Shown piece after piece: positions 23,880 through 35,925 of a stretch of DNA of 64,000 nt (its first letter is position 1; each line of letters opens with the position of its first letter). The DNA is from Lama glama (Eukaryota). Location of the stretch: the NCBI GenBank assembly GCA_028534125.1, contig CM052819.1:41602001-41666000 (forward strand), in the 5' to 3' direction. Below the pieces are notes generated by a model. It saw only the letters and a program-made list of their open reading frames with translations, had not been told where the DNA came from and searched no databases. Made by a program: the position numbers and the translations under genes.

Positions 23880-24560
23880 TATTTATACATCGGTTTATTA
23901 GGCAGTATGTTTTCTTGTGCTACCTGTATATTAAGTATCAGAAAATACCAGAAACACTAATTAAAATCATAAATAGGGAAAGAAGCATCTTAGTTGCAGT
24001 GATGAAGAGAGAAATGGTTATCAAATACATTAATGAGATGAATAATTCTCTTACAGAAAAGAATGAATTTTCATTTCCAGCATGTGAAGAGGATACGCCT
24101 ATTGAGAACAAAATAAGAAATATCAAATATCCAAAACTGAATGTGAAGAATAATTGTTCTTATCAATAATGGCTTAGGTCTTGGTGATAATAACAATGAT
24201 TCTATTACTGATGCAAAGAAAATAAAAGTAGAGGTGAAAACAGGCTCATCAAATGGCTTCCATATGAAAGGAGGAATCCATAGATTCTTCAGGAGAAAAA
24301 TGGGAAAATCTAAAAAAGGAAATGAATGGAGCTTATAACAATGTCTTGAGAGAAAGACTGATATTTTTAAAAGTATTATTATTTTTGGCATCAGATACAG
24401 AACTGGCATGATGTCTTTACAATTTTAGTTCAAATCGGTACTGCTAATGTCAAAAACAGACAACAGGAATAAATCATGAGAGCTTCAAAAAAGCTTGTTA
24501 AATGAACCAATTGCTAATATTTTATTCTGCAATGCTTTTACTAATCTTTTTGAAATTTTT
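23880..24560 (+). mobile_element. very old RTE-like (L4/RTE-X-type) LINE, endonuclease-region fossil
   Basis: Frameshifted motifs in APE order: IGKE (about 23973-23984), RNG, NNSL..NEF..FQH, YAY, GLGLGDN, then EKWENLKKEMNGAYNNVL. Confidence 0.5.
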
Positions 24561-24789
24561 TGGCTATATGTCTAATTTACCTAAACTGAGAATTCTTAAA
24601 TCTATGAAAGTAATCTAAGTTAGCATACTTTTTAAGGTGCACATATGCTATTTAAAAAAATACAAATTCAAAAAATATAATGTATGCATAAATATGAATA
24701 AAAACAAATGTCACGGGTATGCAGATATAAAAAAGAGAGACTAATTTTCCTTCTCTCCTGGAGGAAAATAGGAGAACTTATTATTATCC

Positions 24790-24965
24790 ATATGCACTGA
24801 AATCATATGGTGTTGTTCGACCCTTTGTTTATGAAAGGTAGCTAGTGAATTGTCACTTTTTATGGCTGACTAGTATTCCATTGTATTAATACATACCATA
24901 TCCTCTTCATACAGTCACACATTGATGGTTATTTCCGTATTTTGGCTATTATGAATAATAATACT
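24790..24965 (-). mobile_element. L1M 3' fragment
   Basis: tttttatggctgactagtattccattgtatt...cacattgatgg...ttttggctattatgaataat. Confidence 0.75.
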
Positions 24966-24999
24966 AAGACTGGTATTCAAATTACATGGGCCTGAAAAT

Positions 25000-25250
25000 G
25001 CCAAGCTTTTCTAGGAGCTGAGGGTGTATCTATACATGAAATAGACCCTCACCTAAGAAAAGTCCTTATAAAACTTTGGAACAACAAGGGAAAAAGTCCT
25101 TAAATGTTCTGGTGGGAAAAAGCAGACCACCTACAAAGCTACACGCATCCACAGTGGCATTATATTTCTCATCCGCACATTGGGTGTCAGGGAAAAAAAC
25201 GCAGCAAAGATTTCAGAGTTCTGAGGTCATGAGGAAATTCTGGGAATCCA
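25000..25250 (+). mobile_element. HAL1/L1ME ORF1 fragment
   Basis: agaccctcacctaag...gaaaaagcagaccacctacaaagc...tttctcatc...tttcagagttctgagg. Confidence 0.6.
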
Positions 25251-25489
25251 GCTCCAGAGATGCCAGACGCTAGAGCTGCCAGTAAGAGCTTGTGTTCCAT
25301 ATCTGGAGACCCAACTGAAGTACACAGAAGCCAAATATTCATCACAGTGATTTGGTGAATTTTGCCAAATTGTGTGTGAATTTCGTCTAAGCTAAGTGCA
25401 TGAAGATTCTCACTATGCTTTCCTTCAAAAGGTACTAACAAGTAAGGTTTCCAAACCCCAGTAGAGTCTTTAATGCATGAGAAGCAAAA

Positions 25490-25890
25490 AGAATCTTTAG
25501 TTGATACTCAAGGTCCTCCATCAACTGATCTCTATTTATCATTCCATATTGTTTGGTTTTAAAAATAATATTCAGCTTCCAAAGTACATCAATCTCCCTC
25601 TTCCATATCTTTGTGCACTATGTTCCCTTGACCACTTCTCAAAGTTTAACACTCATTTAAAATGTCATCTCCCCTGAGAAGACTTCTGTGATGGCGCTGG
25701 TTGAAGTTAAGTGCTCTCCTTCCTGCTTCTACAGCCACCTGCTATATGTTTCTATCCCAGGACAGGAAACAGTATTTTGGGTCACTGGAGGGCAAGAATG
25801 CACCTTGTATATTTTTGCAATGATAATAATAAGCAAGTTTCTTAGACCTAGAAGATTATAAATAAGTGCTTAGTGAGTGAATGAATAAGG
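25490..25890 (+). mobile_element. L2 3' fragment
   Basis: aaatgtcatctcccctgagaagacttctgtga...ctggagggcaagaa...agtgagtgaatgaat. Confidence 0.75.
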
Positions 25891-26870
25891 AAGGGACTGG
25901 GCTAATATCTGGGGATAAGGGATACTGACAACACTTAGCTGGCGTCTGTTCCGATCTAGTTTGGATTCTCCTTCTTTCAGGTTTTATTGATCCTCTACTA
26001 TGTGAACTTATTTTTTCTCTTCCACCAGATCAGCACTGGTGGCTACAAGGCTCTTATTTCTATTTGAAGATCACTCTCCATCTTTAACAACTTAATTGTT
26101 TAATTTGCTTTAATTACGTTGGCTTAAAATTAATTGATCCCTGTAAAAGTTAATATCTTCCAATAATGCAAATTTCTGACTTAGAACCTATGCTTGATTG
26201 CAGCAATTTGCATCTCTGTATTTTCTGTGTTCTGCTAGAGCTCTTTCCAGGACAGGAGAGCCTTTAGCTCAGGCCTTACATTCACAGGACCTCAAATTTA
26301 GGCATTTAATCTTATCTCTAACACAAACCTTCTGATTATCTAGTGGATAACAAAATTTCATTGCCTTGTTTGTGTTTATTAAATGCATGATTATATTAAA
26401 TGTAAACATTTAAAATATTCCACACATTTTAACTCTAAGTATTTATTCTTTAAGCTACCAGGAAATTCTAAGAATTGAGCATGTGTGTAGTACCTTCTCA
26501 ATTGTGAAGAGGCCTCCATGGTCTTACAAGTGTGCTATTTGCCCAAAGCTATGCGATGTGCTGCTTTGAAAAGGAGGAGGCTATATTCTACCCATTTAAG
26601 TGGGAAGGATGACTTCCTGTTTGGATTTGATTTGAAAATGCTTTGCTGTTGCATAGTATTACTACATCCCCTGTGTAACTCACTGATACTATCTCATTTC
26701 AAGAGTAACTGAGGGTTACTTGAGTGATCAGTTTATACTATGTGTGGGCATCAAAAGTAGAATTGTTCATACGCATTTTTGCTTACCTCTTGTCTGTCAA
26801 GAAAAATGATCTAATACTGAAAAGCAGAAAGCAAATATTGGAAAGAAATTAATGAAGCCCAACACAGAGA

Positions 26871-27003
26871 NNNNNNNNNNNNNNNNNNNNNNNNNNNNNN
26901 NNNNNNNNNNNNNNNNNNNNNNNNNNNNNNNNNNNNNNNNNNNNNNNNNNNNNNNNNNNNNNNNNNNNNNNNNNNNNNNNNNNNNNNNNNNNNNNNNNNN
27001 NNN
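26871..27003. other. assembly gap (133 N)
   Basis: Run of N. Confidence 1.
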
Positions 27004-27029
27004 AGAAAATGAACTAATGAAGAGAAAAC

Positions 27030-28015
27030 TCACACCTATACTTTGAATTTCAATCCAACACCACTGGACTCATTCTAGTCTTCCCTATTCCATATCATAT
27101 GTTTCTTCTCTGCTGGTTACTCCAGGTAACAGAGGTCTTGACCACAGGTCCTTCTCTTTGGTTCTGCCACCATGCAGGCTGAGTTCTTTCCAACCCTCAG
27201 CCTATTTCAAAAGGCAGCCAAGGAGGTGTTTTGTTTTTTTAAATTAACTTTGGTAGATTCTTAAATGCTGTATTCCTCAAATTCTGGCATACTTGAGAAT
27301 GCTTGATTGTTGCCTTTTAATCAAAGGAACTTAGATAGGTGTAAAATTCTTGGGTTATTTCTTTTTTGCCTTAAAACTTTAAAAAAAATGGTTCAATAAT
27401 TCTATGTTTCTTGCTTTTGTTCTCTTTCTCATTTGATTAATCACAGGATTCTTTATCCTTGAAGTCCAGATTAGTTTCACTAAGGCATCTCTTAAGATAT
27501 TCCCTAAAATATGTCATTTAAGATATGTCTTATACTGCTGTGTATCTTTTTGCCCTTCAAATTCAAATTTTTATTTCAGGAAAATCTTCATCTATTACTT
27601 TTTGAAAATACATTTTATTGTTTTCTTTTTCTTAAGAAACACAGTTATGCATGGGTTAGAATTCATTTGCCTATCCTTCATATGTTTATAATTATCTAAT
27701 TGTTTTTATATCTGTGTCTTTTGTCTCCTAGTACTTTGATAGTTTCCTCAGGCTGATTTGTTTTTAAATTTCTCTATTATTTGTATTATTTTTTATGTAT
27801 TTGCTGTTGCTTCTGATATGACTATTCTTTTTCATTTCTTTTCTGAGCTACTGACTCCTATCAGCTTACTCCCTCCCCCCCTTTTTGGTTATCTTTTATG
27901 TCTTATTCAGTTGTTTTATTTTTTTTTCCTTATTCTTTTAGTCTCCCTGTTATCTTGGAGAACTTCCTGTATTTCTTTTCTATTTTCTATGGTAATTAAT
28001 AATTCACATTTATTC
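27030..28015 (-). mobile_element. L1MC-like 3' piece (about 27030-27110) plus HAL1/L1M ORF1-like piece (about 27240-28015)
   Basis: caatccaacaccactggactcattctagtcttccc; gtgtaaaattcttggg...ctttatccttgaagtc...tttcactaagg; T-rich composition. Confidence 0.6.
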
Positions 28016-28029
28016 AACTACCATGATAT

Positions 28030-28205
28030 TCTAGAAACTATTCAAACCACCTTGCATTCATTATGTAGTTAATACTCAGAATAAACTTATGAGAGTGGAT
28101 ACTATTATTAACTCTTTTTAATAGATGAGTAACTATTATTAACAGATGAGTAAACAGAAATAGCTCATAATTTACAGTTATGAGGGCCTTTCTATTGGAT
28201 CAAGC
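28030..28205 (-). mobile_element. MIR fragment with a small internal duplication
   Basis: ttatgagagtggatactattattaactctttttaatagatgagtaactattattaacagatgagtaaacaga. Confidence 0.65.
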
Positions 28206-28477
28206 ACTTGCTGAAAGTCATAGTGGAAAGAAAAGCAGAGCGTTAGCTAGCATAGGTCAGAGCTTTGATTTTGGCACTGTGACTCAAACATTCTTTCATC
28301 AAATATCATGTGCCCTGAAGGTGTATGTCTCAGTTTTGGTATTTTTAGCACCTAAAATGCAGAGGCTCTCAGTGCTTCTGTTTGGTGACTGTTGTTTCTT
28401 AGTCCTTAGTCCTTCATCCCATTTTGCTGTTTCCATATGCCAGTGTATAAACAAAAATGATGTGTCAGCTTGGTTCA

Positions 28478-28919
28478 TGGACACAAAGCAAAATAAGCAA
28501 AGGGAAAAGACACAAGGAGGAAATTCCACATGAAATCAGGCTCAAGCTTCTAAAAGTCTTCCCTCAGTGAGTCACATGAGACAGGCTTAATTCCTCTGGC
28601 AATGAGTTTGACAACATGTGTGAAATACTGTTACCAGGGAAGCTCATTAAAGACTAACTGCCCAGGATTTTTATTGGGGATTGCTCACATAAGCACCCTT
28701 GGCCTAGCATGTACTGAAATTTCAGATTCCCAGAAGGGTAACAGGTGGTCAGCATAAACCACATCATTTCAACAAACAGTTTAGGCACAGTGAGCTACTA
28801 CCTAGTTCTGGAAATGGTGGGAACCCTCCCAAAATCCAACTGCCCAGATTCCAGCCACACAAGCAGAGCTTTCCAAGGACAGCCATCTCAGGCATACTAT
28901 GTTAACTCTTTTCTTCACA
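28478..28919 (-). mobile_element. MER68/MER77-like ERVL LTR (partial)
   Basis: Reverse complement begins tgtgaagaaaagagttaacatagtatgcctgaga...gggagggttcccaccattt. Confidence 0.85.
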
Positions 28920-29249
28920 GTGATAAATAGCAAATGATCCTGCTTTGTATTACTTTATTACAATGATCACAATTCATTCAATGACTTGAATTGCATATAT
29001 CACCTCCTTTTCCTGAGTAAAATGTCTTTGAATGCCTCATTGAATTCAAAACAGCTTTTTTCTCATTGTGATTTATATTTGGTGGGGATCCAACAAGACT
29101 TTGTTGAGCAAGTGAGTGAATAAATAAGAACATGAACTTATTAATGTCAGTGTTAAAATAGGTTTGCATTTTTGAGTTTAAAAGGAAAGAGTTGTTTTGT
29201 GAAGGCTTGTTCTGTATGGCTGTCCACAAAATGTTAACTCGGTTGAAAG

Positions 29250-29452
29250 GATCAAAACTATCACTTAATGTAAAAGAAGGCTTTCTAAAAGTAACAGCTG
29301 CCTGCAGGCAGAAGCCTGTTCTTTGGATATTGTGAGTTCAAACACAGATGACGAGTGTTGGAAGGGATGTTCTAGTTTAAGCACTGGTTGGTTAACTGGT
29401 AGGCTGGAGTTGAATGTTCTTAAAGGTTATTCTGATGCCAAAAGTCTATGAC
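29250..29452 (+). mobile_element. L3/CR1 3' end
   Basis: aggctggagttgaatgttcttaaaggttattctgatgccaaaagtctatga. Confidence 0.5.
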
Positions 29453-29710
29453 AACTTAATTCTCTCTAGTTCATTAGCAGAGCAGATGAGTTTGACAGTA
29501 GGACAAGCAAAGCAAAGATCCTCCTGCAGTATGTCGATGCAACAAAATCTCCTGCTAGAGACTGTTTTCTTTTTTTTTTAAATCACAAAGAATATAGAAA
29601 ATAATTCTGAAAAAAAGTTATTTTGAACAAGCAATTGGTCAGCTAATTTACTTAACAAATTCAGAGAAGAGTGGTAGAAATCCGTGGAAGGAATGACTTC
29701 TTGAAGATGA

Positions 29711-30198
29711 TGTTAATTATCTATTACTGCATGAAAAGTTGCCCATGAATTTAATGGTTTAAAACAATAAACATTTATTATCTCATAGTTTATGTAGGCT
29801 TAGCTCATTGGTTCTCAGCTAGAGGTCCCTTGTGAAGTTTCAGGTAAGATGTCAGCCTGCTGCCATCATCTGCAGGGTTGCCTGAGGCTTGCAGAACAGC
29901 TCAGTCACGGCGCTGTTAGTAACTAGCCTCATCCCCCCTACTGGTTACTGACAGGAGGCGTCAGTTCTTCACTATGTGGCTCTCTCCATAGGCCTGATTG
30001 AGTACCGTTATGACAACGCACTTGGATCCACCCAGAAATGGATCCAATCTAAGGGAGAGAGCAAGGAGCTAGCCATAGTGCATTTTACGTCTTACTCTGA
30101 GAAATCACACACTGTCAGTTCTGACACATTAGATTTATTAGAATTGAGTCTCTAAATCCAACCCATTCTCAAGAGGAAAGAAGGGGATATTCCCCACT
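29711..30198 (-). mobile_element. MLT1F/G-like MaLR solo LTR
   Basis: ttatctattactgca...aatttaatggtttaaaacaataaacatttattatctcatagttt...ctctccataggcct...gaaatcacacactgtcagttctg. Confidence 0.8.
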
Positions 30199-31459
30199 AA
30201 GTCTAATAAAAGATGGCAATATTTCTATTTATAGTTTCCATGATAATACCATAATTTAATAGCAGAAATGTAGTCTACAATTCAATAGTCTACCAGTTTT
30301 GAAATCTTGATTCCTTTCAGATCTGAGACATTCATATTGCTTCAAAGGTCTTTAGAGCTCAGCCTACCCTAGTACTGTGTCTACAGATCATAAACTAAGA
30401 GAATTGTGAATATAATCCCAAATTTGGGGAGATCTTTGCTGATTATAAAAATGCCCAAGGAACTAGGCAGTTCCAAGTTTCTATCGTCTCACCATGTGAT
30501 CATGAGGAACAACATAAGCAGTGAACTTTCTGGCTGGTTTTTAGAAGCAGGATTCTGCCTTCATCTTTGGATTATTTAAGACCCAAACTCTTAAACATTG
30601 GTAGGTGGGGTGGGTAAGGAGCAAAACTGGACTTCCTTTAACTAATGCCAGTGGATTCTCAAGCATTAGAAATGCAAGAAATGTGAGCATATTTATAACC
30701 TACATTGATAAAGTATATAGTTATAACGTTACATTTAAACAGTTCTGTCAGGTTGTATGATACGTAAATCTAAGATGAAGACTGTTTTAATGAGTGAAAA
30801 ATGTTTTTTCAAGACAGAAATAAAAACTTACAAAAAAGTGTAACACAAACGGAGTTTGGGAACACAGCTGACTTTGTTTCCTTGTGCTAATCGTGTGTTG
30901 TCCATATTTGTATTTTAGGTGAGGAAGAGATAACATCTGTTTTCTTCTTTATATTTATTTAAAGGTCTGCATGAGGTCTGTCATGAAGAACTCAAGGAAG
31001 ATAGTCAGTTATAATTTAAGACTCAAGTATAATGAAAAGGGGAGAAATTACAATTAAGAAAATCACTTCAAGTCACTATGGCGCTTACTCCTAATGACTG
31101 TATAACTGGTGTAACCTCTGAATTCCCTATTTATTTTTCCAGATTATTGCAGGAGGTCTGCAACATTAGGCAAACTGGCACCTGAGTGAAATTGCTGAAT
31201 CAGTTATGCTGTTTTAATAGCACATCTAGTGAACTGAACAACTGCCAAAACACTTCAGTTCCAAAGGAAAACCGTAAATATTCATCTTAGACTGAGTCTT
31301 CACACAACCACCTAAATTGGAGGATTTAGGTGGTTATCTGACATTTCAGACCAGATGAGAAAATAAAATATTTTTCATCTGAGATATCCTGATAATATAA
31401 ACCAAGAGGTATGTTCTCTCTTGAATTACACTAGTATTTCCTTTTATCCTCTATTTCAG

Positions 31460-31800
31460 ATTCAGGTCAATTCAACAAATATCTGTCTATTTGTACAAGG
31501 CATTTCACTAGACATTGCTGAGATATGGAGATAAATAAAATTCAGTCTTTCCCCAGGAAAATATAGGAGCAGGGATGGACTGGAACTGGTTACCGTAAGC
31601 TGGGTATACACTACATTTCTGTAGCTGCACTCATCACCTTTTTAGCCCGTTAAAATCAATTTCTACTATCAACTAAAAGCATTATTTTTCCTATTTCTAG
31701 AGCAGAAATCCGAGAATTTATGTAATTTAATTAAGAAACTCACGTGTCTGTAAATGACTAAGCTTGGATTAAAATTCAAATCACTGAGATTCCAGAACTC
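31460..31800 (-). mobile_element. L2 3' end (about 31460-31565) and MIR fragment (about 31690-31800)
   Basis: ttcaacaaatatctgtctatttgtacaaggca...gagataaataaaa; gtaaatgactaagcttggattaaaattcaaatcactgagattccaga. Confidence 0.55.
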
Positions 31801-32949
31801 ACAATGAACAGTTAACATCAATTGGCAGACAAGTCAATCATGTGAATGCATCTTTAGGTGTCAACACTCATTGGACAGATATGCAATTAGAATTCATCAT
31901 CCCAGATCTCCTAATTTGTAAAATTTACAGAAACTATAGGCAATATACAATCGTTTTATGATGGTATTATTGCTATTGTTTATATTTCAATGATACGCTT
32001 CCTGTACAAGTAATGTAAAATCCCATAGTTATATGCACTTCCCTGATTGTGATATACATTTTGATAGTCCCATTTTGTTTATGTACAATGTGGAAATGAA
32101 ACACTGTAACAAAATCAGTTATTATACGTAAGTAAATTTTACAGAGTTTATTTTAAAGTGGGACCAAATGACAAATTCTGGAGACTCCCATTTGAGTTTA
32201 TACAAAAATGTTTGTCCTGACTAATGAACGCCTATGAAGGAGTGAGCCAAATGGATCTAACCACATCTTACCCTCCACCACTGTGTAACTGTGTAACACA
32301 ACAGTCTGCATCTGTTGTGCAAGCAGGTTTAGATCAATTTGTTACAGTTATAGAAGCCCAATGCAGATACCTGTCTGATTGTGAACTTGAGTTTAACGCC
32401 AATCAGATTTTATTCCAAATCAAGGCATTATACAGAATCACTGCTATGAAAGAATAAAGGTATAAATAAGGCAGCCTTCTGATTTTGATTCATGGTGGGT
32501 CTTACACCAACTGTGGATAATTTACCTGACAATGGTTACTAATGAAATTATCCATGCCACCCTCACACATAAGGATGCCTCTTCTTGTAATAACCCAGAA
32601 ACTCTGATGTTACTGATAGGGAAAATAATAAAGGCATTCAAGGGACTGTACCTATCTCCAAAAAACTCTGAGTATATAATAAGCATATGTTCTTTATATG
32701 TGTATATCTTAATCACATTAAAAAAAATCCCACAATATGTCTCTCTATAAAATGTCCTGAAGATATAGAACAGTTTAGAGAGACAGAGTTTTTATTTCCA
32801 AAATTTCGGTAGGAAACACATAGCACTAACACAGCAAATATATTTAAGTTAGAAAATAATAACACTGGGCCAATACAGCACAATGCATTAGCATTGTATG
32901 TCTGTTCAACATGAGGTGGGTGTAAATGATTTAGGCAGTAAAGGTCTTC

Positions 32950-33432
32950 CACGTCTGTTTTCTCTGCGGCCTGGTGCAGCTTCCAAGCACTCATCAAAGC
33001 CCTGCTCCCCTGCTTCCACAGTGTTCAATTTGTCTCCAGAGCTGCCCACCTAGAATGCATGCTGTAGTCCTGTCTGAAGTTAGCTGGGACTGTCTGATTA
33101 AGCTCACCACCAACAGAATGTGAGTGGGTGTGCCATACGCCCTCTGGATCTTAGCTTTTCGATGCAGATCACTTCTACCACATGTTCCCTTTACCCCGTC
33201 CTGTTTCTCAGCCTCTAACAAGCAAAGTATGAAAATACCGTAGGAGAGACTGGGGGCAACAACGGACAAAACCTTGGTTTTCTGACAAAGCGGAGCAGGG
33301 ATTCCTTGACGATCCTGGCCTTTCACATGTGGACTACCACAGGAAAGAGAGAGGAAAAGGTTATGTTTTCACAGTCCCTGTGCTTTTGGATCTCAGTTGC
33401 AGCAGCTTATCTGTCAGCCTAATTAAGGTACA
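32950..33432 (+). mobile_element. MLT1I/J-like MaLR solo LTR
   Basis: caacagaatgtgagtgggtgtg...tgcttttggatctcagttgcagcagcttatctg...cctaattaaggtaca. Confidence 0.65.
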
Positions 33433-33532
33433 TGAGAAAGACCCCTCTTTTAAGCTCTCGTTTCCTCACACGCAGAATAAGGATACTGGCCTAGACTGTC
33501 TCTAAAGTCTCACCCACACCTAACATTCTAGG
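33433..33532 (+). mobile_element. MIRc/MIR3 3' fragment
   Basis: gtttcctcacacgcagaataagg...ggcctagactgtctctaaagtc...aacattcta. Confidence 0.6.
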
Positions 33533-33984
33533 GAATTGAGTCTTATTCTGTGACAAGTTTTTGTGAAGAAGCTGGAAAATAAAACCAGGAAGACATTCAT
33601 ATTAATGAAGCAACTTCTATGCAAATATAATGAAAAGCAATTACAAATTAAAAAAAAATCCAATTTAGATAAAGATTTATATGGTGTTGACAGACTCCAG
33701 TCTATTTACATTCCTTTAACTAAACAGAAAAAAATCCTATTGAGATTCCACAGGGAGACAGGTTTCAAATTATCACGAATCACCACCCTTCTCCCTAGTG
33801 CTGTAGGAAACTGAACACAGAATGGGTGGTGCTATGCAGAACTGACTGGAGAGAAGTAAGAAGTAAGAGTGAAGCCTTCATGCAAGAATCCAGAATGAGA
33901 AGCTCTGGCACTGTTAGAAAGATAAAGTGCCCTGTGGTTTTGGACCAAGCAACCCATACAGTCTCACCAGTGAGGACACAGGTA

Positions 33985-34103
33985 ATTCTGCGACCTTAGG
34001 AAAGTCACTTCACCTTCCCAAACCTCAGTTCCCTCACTGGTAAAAGAGCTGTAAAAATATGATCCATTTCAGAGTATTGTAAGGATTTAAAATGACAATG
34101 CAC
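33985..34103 (+). mobile_element. MIR core fragment, truncated by the gap
   Basis: tgcgaccttaggaaagtcacttcaccttcccaaacctcagttccctcactggtaaaa. Confidence 0.8.
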
Positions 34104-34603
34104 NNNNNNNNNNNNNNNNNNNNNNNNNNNNNNNNNNNNNNNNNNNNNNNNNNNNNNNNNNNNNNNNNNNNNNNNNNNNNNNNNNNNNNNNNNNNNNNNN
34201 NNNNNNNNNNNNNNNNNNNNNNNNNNNNNNNNNNNNNNNNNNNNNNNNNNNNNNNNNNNNNNNNNNNNNNNNNNNNNNNNNNNNNNNNNNNNNNNNNNNN
34301 NNNNNNNNNNNNNNNNNNNNNNNNNNNNNNNNNNNNNNNNNNNNNNNNNNNNNNNNNNNNNNNNNNNNNNNNNNNNNNNNNNNNNNNNNNNNNNNNNNNN
34401 NNNNNNNNNNNNNNNNNNNNNNNNNNNNNNNNNNNNNNNNNNNNNNNNNNNNNNNNNNNNNNNNNNNNNNNNNNNNNNNNNNNNNNNNNNNNNNNNNNNN
34501 NNNNNNNNNNNNNNNNNNNNNNNNNNNNNNNNNNNNNNNNNNNNNNNNNNNNNNNNNNNNNNNNNNNNNNNNNNNNNNNNNNNNNNNNNNNNNNNNNNNN
34601 NNN
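34104..34603. other. assembly gap (500 N)
   Basis: Run of N. Confidence 1.
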
Positions 34604-35884
34604 TCTTTGGCAGACTTGGTATTAAGGAAAGCGTAGCCTCTCCTTAGAGCTTTGGGACTTTCCGAATGTGTAAAGAATCAGGCCCGGAAACTGATAAGCA
34701 AGCTTTCTACACTTTAACAGGAATTACACTAAAATATTTCCCTCCTTTCAGCCCAATGCAAAAGAAGTTTTCTACATGGATAGATAGCATGAATTGAAAA
34801 ATGCAAGAATTTTATTTGAAGACTGATATGTGCAAAACATATTACTCGAGTTTGATGTCTAGTATCTGCTTATCTAATGAAATCCTGGCAAAAATATGCC
34901 TTACTTTTTACTCAAGTTAATTTTATAAATCAAACATACTCTCAAGAGAAGGGAAACAGCACTGTGTCATTTTCTGGCAATCGTTTTAAAGCTGAATATT
35001 TAAACAGTGAATCTTGGTACCCATAAAAGACTTCAAACATCAACGCTGTTCTTTAAAAAGCCGATCAAATGACAGCTGAGCTGTGGAAATTCTGCTGACT
35101 TTCCAGGTAAGAAACCTCCTGAACAGAAAGAGGGCTACATCCCTTTGTGTCCTGTACGTTCTACATTAATAATTTGAAATTTTTATCTTGTTTAAAAGTT
35201 TTCTCAAAGAATGAGTCTGCTTGGTGAAAAAATGTAAATAGGTGTTTGGTAACCAGATTAAAACTACAGTTGTTTTAAAAGCTATTGTTGTTACACTGGC
35301 ATGATGGAAGTCTCCCTTTATTCTACAAATATCAAAAACTGTACTCAGTCATACTTTCAGAGGAGAACTTATTACAGATTAGGAAACTTCTGCTAAATTA
35401 AAATGACAAAATACTGAAGAAGTCAAAACTAACAATGCTCATATTCTTGCCAGATTAAGATCAAATTAGTATCAAACTGAGACATCAGCATTCATCAGTT
35501 TTTCATAATTTAAATGAATAAAATATCCGTAGTTGCTCTTTACTCCTGTTATTGCTTTTAAATTTAAATTGTCAAGCGAGTCTTGTTACTATCATTCTGG
35601 TATTTACAAATAAATCTGTATTTTCAATAAAGATGGATTCATCCATTCACGAATTGGTTGGGCTCCAGATTACAGAGCCGAACAAGACAGCTCTGATCCT
35701 TTCCCAAATGAAGCTTCCAAACTTCTGCAAAGGGCCCTTTCAACAATAATAATTGTGAAAATTAGTAATGAAAAAAGGACTGAATATGCCATAATGGTGT
35801 ATTTTGAAAGTACTTAATGGAAATTTTCCTAGATTTGTTTTATGTCTACATCTCCAAAGCTTTAGGAGGTAGCCGTGATTAGGA

Positions 35885-35925
35885 TCCTTCCTTCCTTCCT
35901 TCCTCTCTCTCTCTTTCTATCTATT
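35885..35925. repeat. (CCTT)n(CT)n(CTAT)n compound microsatellite
   Basis: tccttccttccttccttcctctctctctctttctatctat. Confidence 0.85.

Noticed and set aside
27511-28072. Hydrophobic F/L/I-rich ORFs resembling membrane proteins
   Set aside because: Products of T-rich antisense L1/HAL1 sequence
32224-32457. 77-aa ORF and 8-bp hairpin cacaacag/ctgttgtg (32297-32319)
   Set aside because: Stem too short for a pre-miRNA; ORF unrecognised; expected by chance
35040-35112. Strong donor CAG|gtaaga at 35106
   Set aside because: No convincing acceptor or ORF upstream; isolated motif
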